From Candidatus Lustribacter sp. (GTDB taxonomy: Bacteria > Vulcanimicrobiota > Vulcanimicrobiia > Vulcanimicrobiales > Vulcanimicrobiaceae), in contig OZ255842.1 of assembly GCA_965277805.1 (NCBI GenBank), positions 4,000,001-4,064,000 of the forward strand: a DNA stretch of 64,000 nt. Direction: 5' to 3'. Under the pieces are notes generated by a model. It did no database searches, was not told where the DNA came from, and saw only the letters and a list, made by a program, of their open reading frames with translations. A program made the position numbers and the translations under genes. The first letter of the stretch is position 1; each line of letters begins with the position of its first letter. This document shows positions 9,868 to 19,064 of this stretch, piece after piece.

Positions 9868-10640
9868 CGAAGCGTCCGGCGGATCTCGTCGTGCAGCAAT
9901 TCGTAGAGCTCGTTGCGCAAAGCGCCGAGTTTGGGCGAGGTCATGAAATCGCTCTTGCGCGGATGGCCTTCGTCAACGTTAATGATCGTTTTGATCTTGC
10001 CCGGCCGGGCCGTGAGCACGGCGACGCGATCGGCGAGGAACACCGCCTCAACGAGGCTGTGCGTGACGAACACGATCGTCTTGCCGGTTTTGGCCAACAG
10101 CACCGAGAGATCTTCGCCCAGCACCATGCGCGTCTGCTCGTCGAGTGCGGCGAACGGTTCGTCCATCAGCAAGATCTCGGTTTGCAGGCCGAGCGCGCGC
10201 GCCAGCTGCGCACGCTGCTTCATGCCGCCGGACAGCTGCGCCGGGTAATGATCGGCAAATTCCAAAAGGCCGACGGCCCGCAACGACTCGCGCGCGCGCT
10301 CGTCGTGTTCGCTCTTCGGCACGCCCTGATACACCATGCCGAGCTTGACGTTGTCGATCACCGTGCGCCACGGAAACAGCGTATTGTCTTGAAACACGAA
10401 GGCGACTTTTTGCGGTGACGGACCCTTGACGGGCACGCCGTCGATCGTCACGCCGCCGCTGCTCGGCGTCGCGAGGCCGCCGATCACGTTGAGCAGCGTG
10501 CTCTTGCCGCAGCCCGAGGGGCCGATCAGGCACAGCAGCTCGCCGCGCGCGACCTCGAACGTCGTACTCTCGAGCGCGACCACGCGGCGCGGATTGCCCG
10601 CCTCACCAAACGCGTGACCGACGCCGTCGATGCGTATCAT
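9864..10640 (-). CDS. NitT/TauT ABC ATP-binding protein
   Basis: GPSGCGKST, LSGGMKQR, LLMDEPF, VTH. Confidence 0.95.
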   Translation of the reverse strand: MIRIDGVGHAFGEAGNPRRVVALESTTFEVARGELLCLIGPSGCGKSTLLNVIGGLATPSSGGVTIDGVPVKGPSPQKVAFVFQDNTLFPWRTVIDNVKLGMVYQGVPKSEHDERARESLRAVGLLEFADHYPAQLSGGMKQRAQLARALGLQTEILLMDEPFAALDEQTRMVLGEDLSVLLAKTGKTIVFVTHSLVEAVFLADRVAVLTARPGKIKTIINVDEGHPRKSDFMTSPKLGALRNELYELLHDEIRRTLR

Positions 10641-10698
10641 TCGCGGGCGGCCTTCTGCACCGGGGGCCGCGTCACCTCAACAAAGAAGGGACGGCGCC

Positions 10699-11577
10699 AT
10701 GACCGCTACCAGTGAAACGCAATCGCTTTGGCTCGGCCTGCTCGGCTCCGAGATGCGCTACTACAACGCGGGCGGCATCCGCACGCGCGCGATCGAGTCC
10801 GGCACCGGCGATCCGCCGCTCATCATGCTGCACGGCGTTGGTGGTCACGCAGAGGCCTTTGCGCGCAACGTCGTTCCGCTGGGCAAGCACTTCCGCACGA
10901 TCGCGCTCGACTATTTAGGGCACGGCCTCACCGGCAGCATCGACGGCCGGCTGACCAAAGAAGCCTACACGAAGCATCTGGTCGACTTCATGGACGCGGC
11001 CGGCATCGAGAAAGCCAACTTGCTCGGTGAATCGCTCGGCGGCTGGATATCGGTGATGACCTCGCTGCTCTATCCCGAACGCGTCAACAAGATCATCTAC
11101 TGCGTCGGCGCGCGGCTCGACGTGCCGGTCGATGAAGCCGCGGCGAAGCGCACGTCATTCGGGCGCTCAGAATTGCAGCGCCTCACTAAACAGTTCAACA
11201 CGGACCCGTCACGCGAGAACGTGCGCGAGCGACTCAAGTGGCTCTTTCACAAACCCGAACGCGACATCACCGAAGAACTCGTCGACCTGCGCTGGGAACT
11301 TTACCGGCGCACGGAAGCCCAAGGCGTCCGGGGTCACGCCGGCGGCACCACATCCGATGAGGCATTGACCCCGGAGCGCCTCGCGACGATCAAGCACCGC
11401 ATGCTGGTGCTCTGGACCGACCACAACCCATCAGCCGCCGTCGCCGAAGCCGAATCGGCGATGAATTATCTGCCCAACGCCGAGCTGAAAATCATGCAAG
11501 ACAGCGGCCATTGGCCGCAATGGGAACACCCCGAAGAATTCGACGAAATCGTCCGCGAATTTCTCCAACGCCCCTAG
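10699..11577 (+). CDS. Alpha/beta hydrolase, meta-cleavage-product (MhpC/BphD-like) type
   Basis: LHGVGGHAE, GESLGG, SGHWPQWEHPEEF. Confidence 0.85.
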   Translation: MTATSETQSLWLGLLGSEMRYYNAGGIRTRAIESGTGDPPLIMLHGVGGHAEAFARNVVPLGKHFRTIALDYLGHGLTGSIDGRLTKEAYTKHLVDFMDAAGIEKANLLGESLGGWISVMTSLLYPERVNKIIYCVGARLDVPVDEAAAKRTSFGRSELQRLTKQFNTDPSRENVRERLKWLFHKPERDITEELVDLRWELYRRTEAQGVRGHAGGTTSDEALTPERLATIKHRMLVLWTDHNPSAAVAEAESAMNYLPNAELKIMQDSGHWPQWEHPEEFDEIVREFLQRP

Positions 11578-11583
11578 CACCGG

Positions 11584-11940
11584 CTACGCCGTGCGGTAGT
11601 TGCGTTGGGCGGCGACGAGGTCGCTGACGTTGTCTTGGAGCCAGGTGATCAGGCTCATCACCCGCTGCGCGACTTCGATGCCGGCGGGCGTGAGGGTGTA
11701 GTCGACGCGCGGCGGCACCTCGGCGTGCTGGCGGCGGATGACCAAGCCGTCGCGCTCGAGATCGCGCAGCGTTTGGGCGAGCATCTTTTCAGAGATGCCC
11801 TCGATGCGGTCGCGGATCTCCGAATAGCGGCGCGTGCCGCGGAGCAGGGCGCCGAGGACGAGGCCGCCCCAGCGACCGGTGACGTGGCCCAGGACCTCGC
11901 GAGCGGGGCAGTCGGCGTTGTAGCAGTTTCCGGTTTCCAT
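11584..11940 (-). CDS. HxlR-family winged-helix regulator
   Basis: CP..EVL...RW, GISEKMLAQTLRDLERDGLV, PPRVDYTLT. Confidence 0.93.
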   Translation of the reverse strand: METGNCYNADCPAREVLGHVTGRWGGLVLGALLRGTRRYSEIRDRIEGISEKMLAQTLRDLERDGLVIRRQHAEVPPRVDYTLTPAGIEVAQRVMSLITWLQDNVSDLVAAQRNYRTA

Positions 11941-12021
11941 AGCTTACCTTTTGGTGTGTACTAGCGTTTCGATAGTTTCAGTGCTAGGCTGACGTTCTCC
12001 CCCACCCTTCCTGAGGATTTC

Positions 12022-12882
12022 ATGACCCAACGTACCGCCGTCGTTACCGGAGCCAGCTCCGGCTTCGGCCGCCTGACCGCCCAGACACTCGCCGCCGACG
12101 GCTGGCGCGTCTACGCCACCATGCGTAACGTCGCGACCACGAACGCCGCCGCAGCCGCTGCTCTCACGCAGGGCGGCATCTCGGTCGTCGAGCTCGACGT
12201 CACGAGCGACGCCTCGGTCGACGCCGCCGCAAAAAGCATCCTCTCCGAAGCCGGCGCAGTCGACGTGCTGGTCAATAACGCCGGCACCGGCTACTTCGGA
12301 ATTGAAGAAGCCTTCACGCCCGCAGCGGCCGAGCAGCAGTTTGCTACCAACGTGATCGGGCCGTTGCGCGTGAACCGCGCGTTCTTGCCGTCGATGCGCG
12401 AACGCAACAGCGGTCTCGTCGTGTTCGTTTCGTCAGTCGTCGGCCGGATGATCATCCCCTTCGGCGGGATCTATACCGCGTCGAAGTGGGCAATCGAAGC
12501 ACTGGCGGAAACGTCGTCGTACGAGCTTGCACCGTTTGGGATCGATGTTGCCATCGTAGAGCCCGGCGCCTATGCAACGGATATCTTCGGCAAGGTCACC
12601 GGCGCGGATGACGCCGCGCGCGTCACTGCCTACGGCGACGCTGCGAACGATGCGGTAGCTCTCACCGAGCGGCTCGCCGCTTCAGCCCAAGAGCGCGATC
12701 CGCAAGAAGTCGCGGACGCCATTTTGCACCTCGCCAACGCACCGGCCGGCACGCGTCCGTTGCGCACCGTCGTCCCGGAGAATCCGGCGATCGAAGCGAT
12801 CAACAATGCGATCGCGCCGATCCAACGCGAGATCATCAAGGGGTCAGGGTTCGAGTCGCTGCTGCCGAAAGCGCACGCTTAA
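12022..12882 (+). CDS. Short-chain dehydrogenase/reductase
   Basis: TGASSGFG, NNAG, YTASK. Confidence 0.93.
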   Translation: MTQRTAVVTGASSGFGRLTAQTLAADGWRVYATMRNVATTNAAAAAALTQGGISVVELDVTSDASVDAAAKSILSEAGAVDVLVNNAGTGYFGIEEAFTPAAAEQQFATNVIGPLRVNRAFLPSMRERNSGLVVFVSSVVGRMIIPFGGIYTASKWAIEALAETSSYELAPFGIDVAIVEPGAYATDIFGKVTGADDAARVTAYGDAANDAVALTERLAASAQERDPQEVADAILHLANAPAGTRPLRTVVPENPAIEAINNAIAPIQREIIKGSGFESLLPKAHA

Positions 12883-12887
12883 GAGCG

Positions 12888-12913
12888 GTCCCTCGACAAG
12901 CTCGGGATGACAC
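12888..12913 (+). repeat. REP-like palindromic repeat copy 1 (GTCCCTCGACAAGCTCGGGATGACAC), intergenic
   Basis: Identical 26-mer at 35109-35134; inverted variant at 35990-36015; imperfect hairpin. Confidence 0.85.
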
Positions 12914-12940
12914 GAATGGCGCGCTGGCTAAACTCACCAG

Positions 12941-14320
12941 GTGGCGCGTTCGTTCTTTAAGCCTGACCTCAACCGCCGTACCTTTCTCGCGGGTGCGGCG
13001 GCGTTGGCGCTGCCGATCACCGCGGCCGACGCGGCTGCTGCGCCTGACTACCGGCTTTCCATTGCGCCGCTCGAGTTGGAGCTGGCGCCGGGAAACGTAG
13101 TGAAGACCGTTGCTTATAACGGGAGCGTTCCGGGGCCGTTGATTCGCGTGCGCGAAGGGCAGCGCGTTACGATCGCGATCGACAATCATCAGACCGGAGT
13201 CGACGATATCGTGCACTGGCACGGGCTTACCGTTCCGTCGGCGGCCGACGGGTCGATGGAAGAGGGCAGCGCGATGATTGCGGCCGGCGGAAGCCAGACC
13301 GTATCGTTCGTCGCGCAGCCCGGCGGCACGCGCTGGTACCACACGCACAACATCGCCAAGACCGATCTCACGCGCAGTCTCTACACCGGTCAGTTCGGCC
13401 TGTTCATCATCGATCCGAAGAACGATCCGGCGCGATATGATCGCGAAGAGCTGATCGTCCTTCACAGCTGGCAACCGAGCTGGGTGATCTTGCAAGATTT
13501 GCGCAAGGGTCCGCCGGCCGACAACGGACTCGAAGTCGCGTACGCGTCGGCATCGGTCAACGGTCACGCGCTCGGTGCGGGTGCGCCGATCACCGTGCGG
13601 CAAGGGCAGCGCGTGCTCTTCCGCATCCTCAACGCCAACGCGACGATGGAAACCGCGCTCGCGCTTCCGGGCCACCGTTTCACCGTGATTGCGCTCGACG
13701 GCAATCCCGTCCCCGTACCGCAAACCGTCGACGTTCTCTTCATCGCGCCGGGCGAACGCATCGACGCGATCGTCGAGATGAATCAGCCGGGCGTGTGGGT
13801 CTTCGGCTCGACGAACAACGGTATGCGCATGATGGGCATGGGCACGGTCGTCGCGTACGCGGGCGCCGGCGGCGACCCGGTCTGGCAAGCGCCACCGGCG
13901 TCGACGTGGGATTACACGGCGTTCGGCAAGCCGGCGGTCGCGCGCGAGCCCGACGGCACGTTCAACCTGACGTTCGACAAAATTCCCGGCGGCCGCGGCG
14001 GCTACAATCGCTGGACGATCAACGGCAAGTCATGGCCCGACACGGATCCGCTGCGCGTGCAGCGCGGCAAACGTTACCGCATCACGCTTACGAATGCCAG
14101 CGGCGACTTGCACCCGATCCATCTGCATCGACATCGCTTTGAAGTGACGGCATGGAACGGCACGCCGTCCTCCGGCGTCATGAAAGACGTCGTCGCGCTA
14201 ATGCCGCGCAAAACCGCCACAATCGAATTCATCGCCGATAATCCCGGCCCGTCGCTATTCCACTGCCACATGCAAGACCACCAAGACTTCGGCTTCATGG
14301 GCCTCGTCCAATATATTTAG
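12941..14320 (+). CDS. Multicopper oxidase (laccase-like), Tat-exported
   Basis: LNRRTFL; HWHG, WYHTH, HPIHLH, HCHMQDHQDFGFM copper motifs. Confidence 0.93.
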   Translation: MARSFFKPDLNRRTFLAGAAALALPITAADAAAAPDYRLSIAPLELELAPGNVVKTVAYNGSVPGPLIRVREGQRVTIAIDNHQTGVDDIVHWHGLTVPSAADGSMEEGSAMIAAGGSQTVSFVAQPGGTRWYHTHNIAKTDLTRSLYTGQFGLFIIDPKNDPARYDREELIVLHSWQPSWVILQDLRKGPPADNGLEVAYASASVNGHALGAGAPITVRQGQRVLFRILNANATMETALALPGHRFTVIALDGNPVPVPQTVDVLFIAPGERIDAIVEMNQPGVWVFGSTNNGMRMMGMGTVVAYAGAGGDPVWQAPPASTWDYTAFGKPAVAREPDGTFNLTFDKIPGGRGGYNRWTINGKSWPDTDPLRVQRGKRYRITLTNASGDLHPIHLHRHRFEVTAWNGTPSSGVMKDVVALMPRKTATIEFIADNPGPSLFHCHMQDHQDFGFMGLVQYI

Positions 14321-14328
14321 CGGCTCCA

Positions 14329-14670
14329 CTATGGCGCGTGCAGCCACCAGCCCGTAATGACGATGTAGAGTGCGAAGCACGCCGTTAAGATCGGCACGGC
14401 CCACGACCAATTCCACGAAATTTTCTCGGTCACGTTGCGCGGGACGAGTGCGTAGATCGCCGTCACGACGATAGCGGTGATGAGGCCCCAGGCGATCCAG
14501 CCGAACCAGCCGATCGTATTATGTCCCGTCGGAACCCTCACCCAGCCCCACGAAAACGTGCCGAGATTCGGATAGTACTTGATCAGGGGCTGATTGAGCC
14601 AGTCGTCGACCTGGTATCCGATCATGAAAGCGAGCGAGAAGACCGGAATCAGACGCAAATCTAGCTTCAC
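14329..14670 (-). CDS. Small membrane protein (about 3 TM)
   Basis: Hydrophobic Trp-rich ORF, GTG start overlapping upstream stop. Confidence 0.7.
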   Translation of the reverse strand: MKLDLRLIPVFSLAFMIGYQVDDWLNQPLIKYYPNLGTFSWGWVRVPTGHNTIGWFGWIAWGLITAIVVTAIYALVPRNVTEKISWNWSWAVPILTACFALYIVITGWWLHAP

Positions 14671-15263
14671 GTTCCGAACCCTTTGAGGTTATTGAGTACG
14701 TGACCGACGAGGAAGCTGTACCACACGAAGCACGCGAGAATCGCGGTGACCGCGGTTCGCCACCGCGTTTGTTCTGCGAGCGGAACCTTCTTCCACAAGA
14801 GCCAGTACACCGGCAGCAGTGCGAGCCCGATCACGACGAAGTGTTCTTTGAGTTCGAATACGCCGCCGAAGAGTTTCAAGCCGTGACCGTAAAAAAACGG
14901 CAGCACGGTGAGGCGGTACGGTCCGTAGAGAAGTGCACCAACGACCGCGGTGAGCACAAACAGCGCGATCACCGCGTTGGTGTAGAGGTTGACGCGCACC
15001 GCGCGATACGCATGCAGTAGCGACGGCGTGGCCGGGGCGCCGCCCGTCGCCGGAACGAGCCGGCCGGCGGGCCAGAGCAGCGCGACGGCCTGATGTGTGA
15101 GCGCGCCGAGCAACGTGATCGCAAGCAATAAGTGCACGATCGTAACGACGCTGTACGTGAGGTGATAGCTGATCCCGAGGTTGGGCACGAACGTCGGCGA
15201 TTGCGTCGTCGCCGGTGCAAGTGTGGCCTGCGCAATCAGTTGCGGGAGCGGTAGCTCAAGCAA
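14667..15263 (-). CDS. Membrane protein (about 4 TM, His in helices)
   Basis: GAGGAGG RBS before TTG at 15263; IVH...LTHQ, FELKEH, VGHVLNN. Confidence 0.72.
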   Translation of the reverse strand: MLELPLPQLIAQATLAPATTQSPTFVPNLGISYHLTYSVVTIVHLLLAITLLGALTHQAVALLWPAGRLVPATGGAPATPSLLHAYRAVRVNLYTNAVIALFVLTAVVGALLYGPYRLTVLPFFYGHGLKLFGGVFELKEHFVVIGLALLPVYWLLWKKVPLAEQTRWRTAVTAILACFVWYSFLVGHVLNNLKGFGT

Positions 15264-15367
15264 CAGCGTGATCCTCCTCGTGGATGTAGGGGAACGGCAA
15301 TCGATGTTCGGAATACTCGGCTCGTACGCGGAAAACATTTTCCTGACCGTGCTGACGGGAGGTCCGA

Positions 15368-17551
15368 ATGCGGACTCGTAGAGCGTTTCATTCACTGATT
15401 ATCGCTGCAGCCGTGGCGTTGCTCGTCACCGCTCCATCGACGCTCACCGCGATGGCACCGGCCGTCAAGGTCGGCACCGCAGACATCGGCGGCGTCGTCA
15501 CCAGCGCGCACGGTCCCGAGGCCGGCGTGTGGGTGATCGCGCGGACCGACGATCTGCCGACGCGCTACACGAAGATCGTCGTGACCGACGATCAGGGCCG
15601 TTACCTCATACCGGACTTACCGGCCGGCGCTACCTACACGGTGTGGTCGCGCGGTTACGGCCTCGTCGACGGACCGCAAGTGCACACCGTACCGGGCAAG
15701 CTCATCAACCTGCGCGCGACGCTGGCGCCGAACGCAAAGGCCGCCGCGCAGTACTATCCGGCCGAGTACTGGTTCTCGCTGCTCAAGATTCCGGATGCGA
15801 GCGATTTCCCAGGAACCGGACCAAAAGGCAACGGCATCGGCACCGAGATCAAAAATCAGCAGATGTGGATCGACCAGGTCAAGACCGACGGCTGCGAGAC
15901 CTGTCATCAACTCGGCAACAAGTACACGCGCACGCTGCCGACGGCGTTCGGCACGTTCCCGAACCACGCCGCCGTGTGGCAACGCCGTGTCGAATCCGGC
16001 CAAGCCGGTCCGCTGATGACCTCGACCGCGGCCCGCATCGGACCGCGCCTGTTCGAAAATTTTGCCGACTGGACCGATCGCATCGCTGCCGGCGAGATTC
16101 CCAGCACGCAGCCGGCGCGACCGGCGGGCATCGAGCGCAATATCGTCATCACCGAATGGGACTGGTCGTCGCCGACCACCTACATGCACGACGAGATCTC
16201 GACGGATAAACGGAATCCGCGCCTCAACGCGTACGGCAAGATCTACGGATCGTCGGAAGAGAGCAGCGATTTCATGCCGGTGCTCGACCCGATCCGCAAT
16301 TCGACGAGTTGGGTCAAAGTGCCGGTGCTCGATCCGGCCACGCCGTCGTTCGACTTCCTGGGCGCCGAAAAACCGCTCATGCCGTCGGCGTTCTGGGGCA
16401 ATCAGCGCATCTGGCTCAGCCAGACAATCGTGCACAATCCGATGCTCGACGAAAACGGTCGTGTCTGGATGACCGCGCGCATTCGGCCTGAAGACGATCC
16501 CGCGTACTGCAAAGCCGGCTCGTCGATGGAGTCCGCGCAAGTCTTCCCGCTCACGACGTCGGGAAGGCAGTCGGCCGTGTACGATCCGAAAACCAAACAG
16601 TTCAAGCTCGCGAACTTGTGCTTCGGCACCCACCATCTGTACTTGACCGACGACGGCAAGGACACGATGTGGTATACGGGCAGCCGCGACGTCGCAGGCT
16701 GGCTCGACACCAAAGCGTTTCTCCGCACGGGCGATGCGTCAACGTCGCAAGGCTGGACGCCGTTCATCGTCGACACGACCGGTACGGGGAAACGCACTGC
16801 CGCGTGGACCGAACCCGGCGCACCGCTCGATCCGGCCAAAGATGCGCGCATCCACGGCAACTTCTACGGCGCAGGCATCAGCGCGGTCGACGGATCGGTG
16901 TGGGGTTCGGTCGTGAGTTATCCGGGCGTGGTCCTACGGGTTATGCCGGGCGCCGATCCGCCGCACACCGCATTGACCGAAGCCTACGAACTGCCCGCAA
17001 CCGATCCGCGCGCGCCGGTGCACGGCTTCTCCCCGCGCGGCATGGACATCGACTCGAACGGCGTCGTGTGGGCGCCGCTCGCGAGCGGACATCTCGCCAG
17101 CTTCGACCGGCGCAAATGCAAGGGACCGCTCAACGGCGCGGGCGCGGAGAAGGGACAGCAGTGCCCGGAAGGCTGGACGCTGTATCCGCTGCCGGGACCG
17201 CAGTTCAAGGGCCTCAAGGAATCGGGGAGCGCGGAAGCGCCGTACTTCACCTGGGTCGACCGGTTCAACACCGTCGGCCTCGGCAAAGACGTGCCGTACG
17301 CTACCGCTAATCTCGGCGAAGGTGCCTACGCGCTGGTGAACGGCAAGTTCGTCACCTTCCGCGTGCCGTATCCGCTCGGCTTCTTTGCGAAGAACGTCGA
17401 CGGCCGCATCGACGATCCGAAGGCCGGCTGGAAAGGCCGCGGCATGTGGACCACGTTCGGCTCGCGCACCCCGTTCCACATGGAAACAGGCAAAGGCACG
17501 AAGCCGATCGTGCTGCACATGCAGATTAGGCCAAACCCGCTGGCCGACTAG
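15368..17551 (+). CDS. Secreted carboxypeptidase-regulatory-like domain protein with CxxCH heme c motif and probable propeller
   Basis: Signal peptide; GPEAGVWVIA...VVTDDQGRYLIPDLP, VWSRGYGLVD; GCETCHQLG. Confidence 0.8.
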   Translation: MRTRRAFHSLIIAAAVALLVTAPSTLTAMAPAVKVGTADIGGVVTSAHGPEAGVWVIARTDDLPTRYTKIVVTDDQGRYLIPDLPAGATYTVWSRGYGLVDGPQVHTVPGKLINLRATLAPNAKAAAQYYPAEYWFSLLKIPDASDFPGTGPKGNGIGTEIKNQQMWIDQVKTDGCETCHQLGNKYTRTLPTAFGTFPNHAAVWQRRVESGQAGPLMTSTAARIGPRLFENFADWTDRIAAGEIPSTQPARPAGIERNIVITEWDWSSPTTYMHDEISTDKRNPRLNAYGKIYGSSEESSDFMPVLDPIRNSTSWVKVPVLDPATPSFDFLGAEKPLMPSAFWGNQRIWLSQTIVHNPMLDENGRVWMTARIRPEDDPAYCKAGSSMESAQVFPLTTSGRQSAVYDPKTKQFKLANLCFGTHHLYLTDDGKDTMWYTGSRDVAGWLDTKAFLRTGDASTSQGWTPFIVDTTGTGKRTAAWTEPGAPLDPAKDARIHGNFYGAGISAVDGSVWGSVVSYPGVVLRVMPGADPPHTALTEAYELPATDPRAPVHGFSPRGMDIDSNGVVWAPLASGHLASFDRRKCKGPLNGAGAEKGQQCPEGWTLYPLPGPQFKGLKESGSAEAPYFTWVDRFNTVGLGKDVPYATANLGEGAYALVNGKFVTFRVPYPLGFFAKNVDGRIDDPKAGWKGRGMWTTFGSRTPFHMETGKGTKPIVLHMQIRPNPLAD

Positions 17552-17552
17552 C

Positions 17553-18194
17553 CTACCACGTCGTCCGGGCGGCGGCTTCTTCGGGGGTATCCTTCGATGT
17601 GTTCGACGTATACGCCAGAGGATTCACGTGTCCGCAGTCGGGGCAGGTGCGTAGCGCGCGATCTCCATTGTAGGTGCGGACGCCCTCGATTTCCTTACGC
17701 CAGAACTCTCGAAGCCCAAGCTCGCCGGTGCGCACCGGCGTCTCGTAGAGCAGGGTGAAGCACTGTTGGCAGTACCACGCGTAGCTTTCGCCTTCACTAC
17801 CGACGGGCGTGCGCATCACGACGATGCTGTAGCCTGTCTCGCCCGGCGGCCCGGCGAATTTTATGGAGAGCTCTTCCATATCGGTGATGTGCCAATAGCC
17901 GAAATTGTACGGTACCCGATGCGGCGTCCCCGAGGCAATAATGTGGAAGTTGCCGGGCAAGAACCTGTGCTCGTGGATACCCTTCGGCCCGAGCTCGTGC
18001 AGGAGCGACACGTTGCCCTTTTTTGCGTCCGTCACTCCGAGCGATGAAACGTCGCGGCGGCGAATCCCATACACGTTCGAACCGACGGCCCGAAAACCGG
18101 AAAACTTCTTCAAAAGCGCGGCTTCGAGAAAGTCGGGCTCGTCGATGACTTTCTGCAACGGTTCTTTGATGGTCAACTCGATCGGTGTGTTCAT
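17553..18194 (-). CDS. 3-hydroxyanthranilate dioxygenase-like cupin with rubredoxin-type Cys4 site (putative catalytic subunit)
   Basis: WYCQQC...RTCPDCGHVNP as in 3-HAO C-terminus; GTPH and WHITDMEE. Confidence 0.65.
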   Translation of the reverse strand: MNTPIELTIKEPLQKVIDEPDFLEAALLKKFSGFRAVGSNVYGIRRRDVSSLGVTDAKKGNVSLLHELGPKGIHEHRFLPGNFHIIASGTPHRVPYNFGYWHITDMEELSIKFAGPPGETGYSIVVMRTPVGSEGESYAWYCQQCFTLLYETPVRTGELGLREFWRKEIEGVRTYNGDRALRTCPDCGHVNPLAYTSNTSKDTPEEAAARTTW

Positions 18195-18523
18195 GGCGTA
18201 CGCTCCGGGATGGTGATAAAGACCGAGCCGTCGGTCACGCGGGTTTCGAACGTCGGCACCGACAGCTCGGGATTCGTGACGCTCCTACCGTCCCGCAGGC
18301 CGAATCGGAATCGGTGCCAGGGGCAAATCAATTCGGCGCGCGCCTCGCTCACCGTGCCTTCGCACAACGGAGCGCCCTTATGCGGGCACGCATTCTGCAG
18401 CGCGAACACCTCGCCGGCAATACGCACGAGGACGACCTTTCGGCCGCGGACCGTCACGAGCTTGGGCATGCCTCGTTCGAGCTCGTCGAGCCGGCAGACC
18501 GCGTCTTCGCGATCGCTTACCAT
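18191..18523 (-). CDS. Rieske [2Fe-2S] ferredoxin
   Basis: CPHKGAPL...CPWHRFRF. Confidence 0.92.
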   Translation of the reverse strand: MVSDREDAVCRLDELERGMPKLVTVRGRKVVLVRIAGEVFALQNACPHKGAPLCEGTVSEARAELICPWHRFRFGLRDGRSVTNPELSVPTFETRVTDGSVFITIPERTP

Positions 18524-19059
18524 GGTGCCGTATCTCGCATTTGGAAGTCGTAAGCGGGTGGGTGCTCTTGACCGCAGCCGTTGCACGTTCGCAGCGCCGG
18601 GCTCGCGTTGAATTCCGCCACTTTGGCAGCCGCATGATCCCAGAATGCCGCCAGGCCGAAGCGTCGCACGTCAAACGACGATTCCGCCAGCGGCTTCAGA
18701 CACGCCGAGCAGAACCAAGCGATGATATCGTTTCGATATGCGCGGTGTCCCGTGTTGATCAGAATGCTGTATGCCGTGCGCTCCGGCTCCGAGACCTTGA
18801 AGAGGTCGGTGTCACCGCCGGAAATACGCCAGAATCCGAACAGCGGGGCAATGCGGTGCGGCGTTCCGGCCGGAATGTTATTCAGCGCGTGACTCTCGCT
18901 CGGTAACTCGACAGTACCGCCGGATTGCAGCGTAAGCACGCGCAGCGGTACCAGGTGCGCCGGCCGGTGCATCGTCCAGAGCGCGTAGTCACCGACCTGC
19001 TGCCAGGCGGCGTTCTCGCCGCCCATTGCCACATTGAAGCTTAGCGTCGGTACGGTCAT
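18517..19059 (-). CDS. Second 3-HAO-like protein with Cys4 site, degenerate metal ligands
   Basis: IPAGTPHR..FGFWR, WFCSAC...RTCNGCGQEHP; paralogous to 17553-18194. Confidence 0.65.
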   Translation of the reverse strand: MTVPTLSFNVAMGGENAAWQQVGDYALWTMHRPAHLVPLRVLTLQSGGTVELPSESHALNNIPAGTPHRIAPLFGFWRISGGDTDLFKVSEPERTAYSILINTGHRAYRNDIIAWFCSACLKPLAESSFDVRRFGLAAFWDHAAAKVAEFNASPALRTCNGCGQEHPPAYDFQMRDTAPW

Positions 19060-19064
19060 CTGCA

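Noticed and set aside
17553-19059. Calling these genes nbaC/haaO
   Set aside because: They lack the canonical N-terminal PPVGN and GGPN-R-D-H motifs; only the C-terminal half resembles 3-HAO
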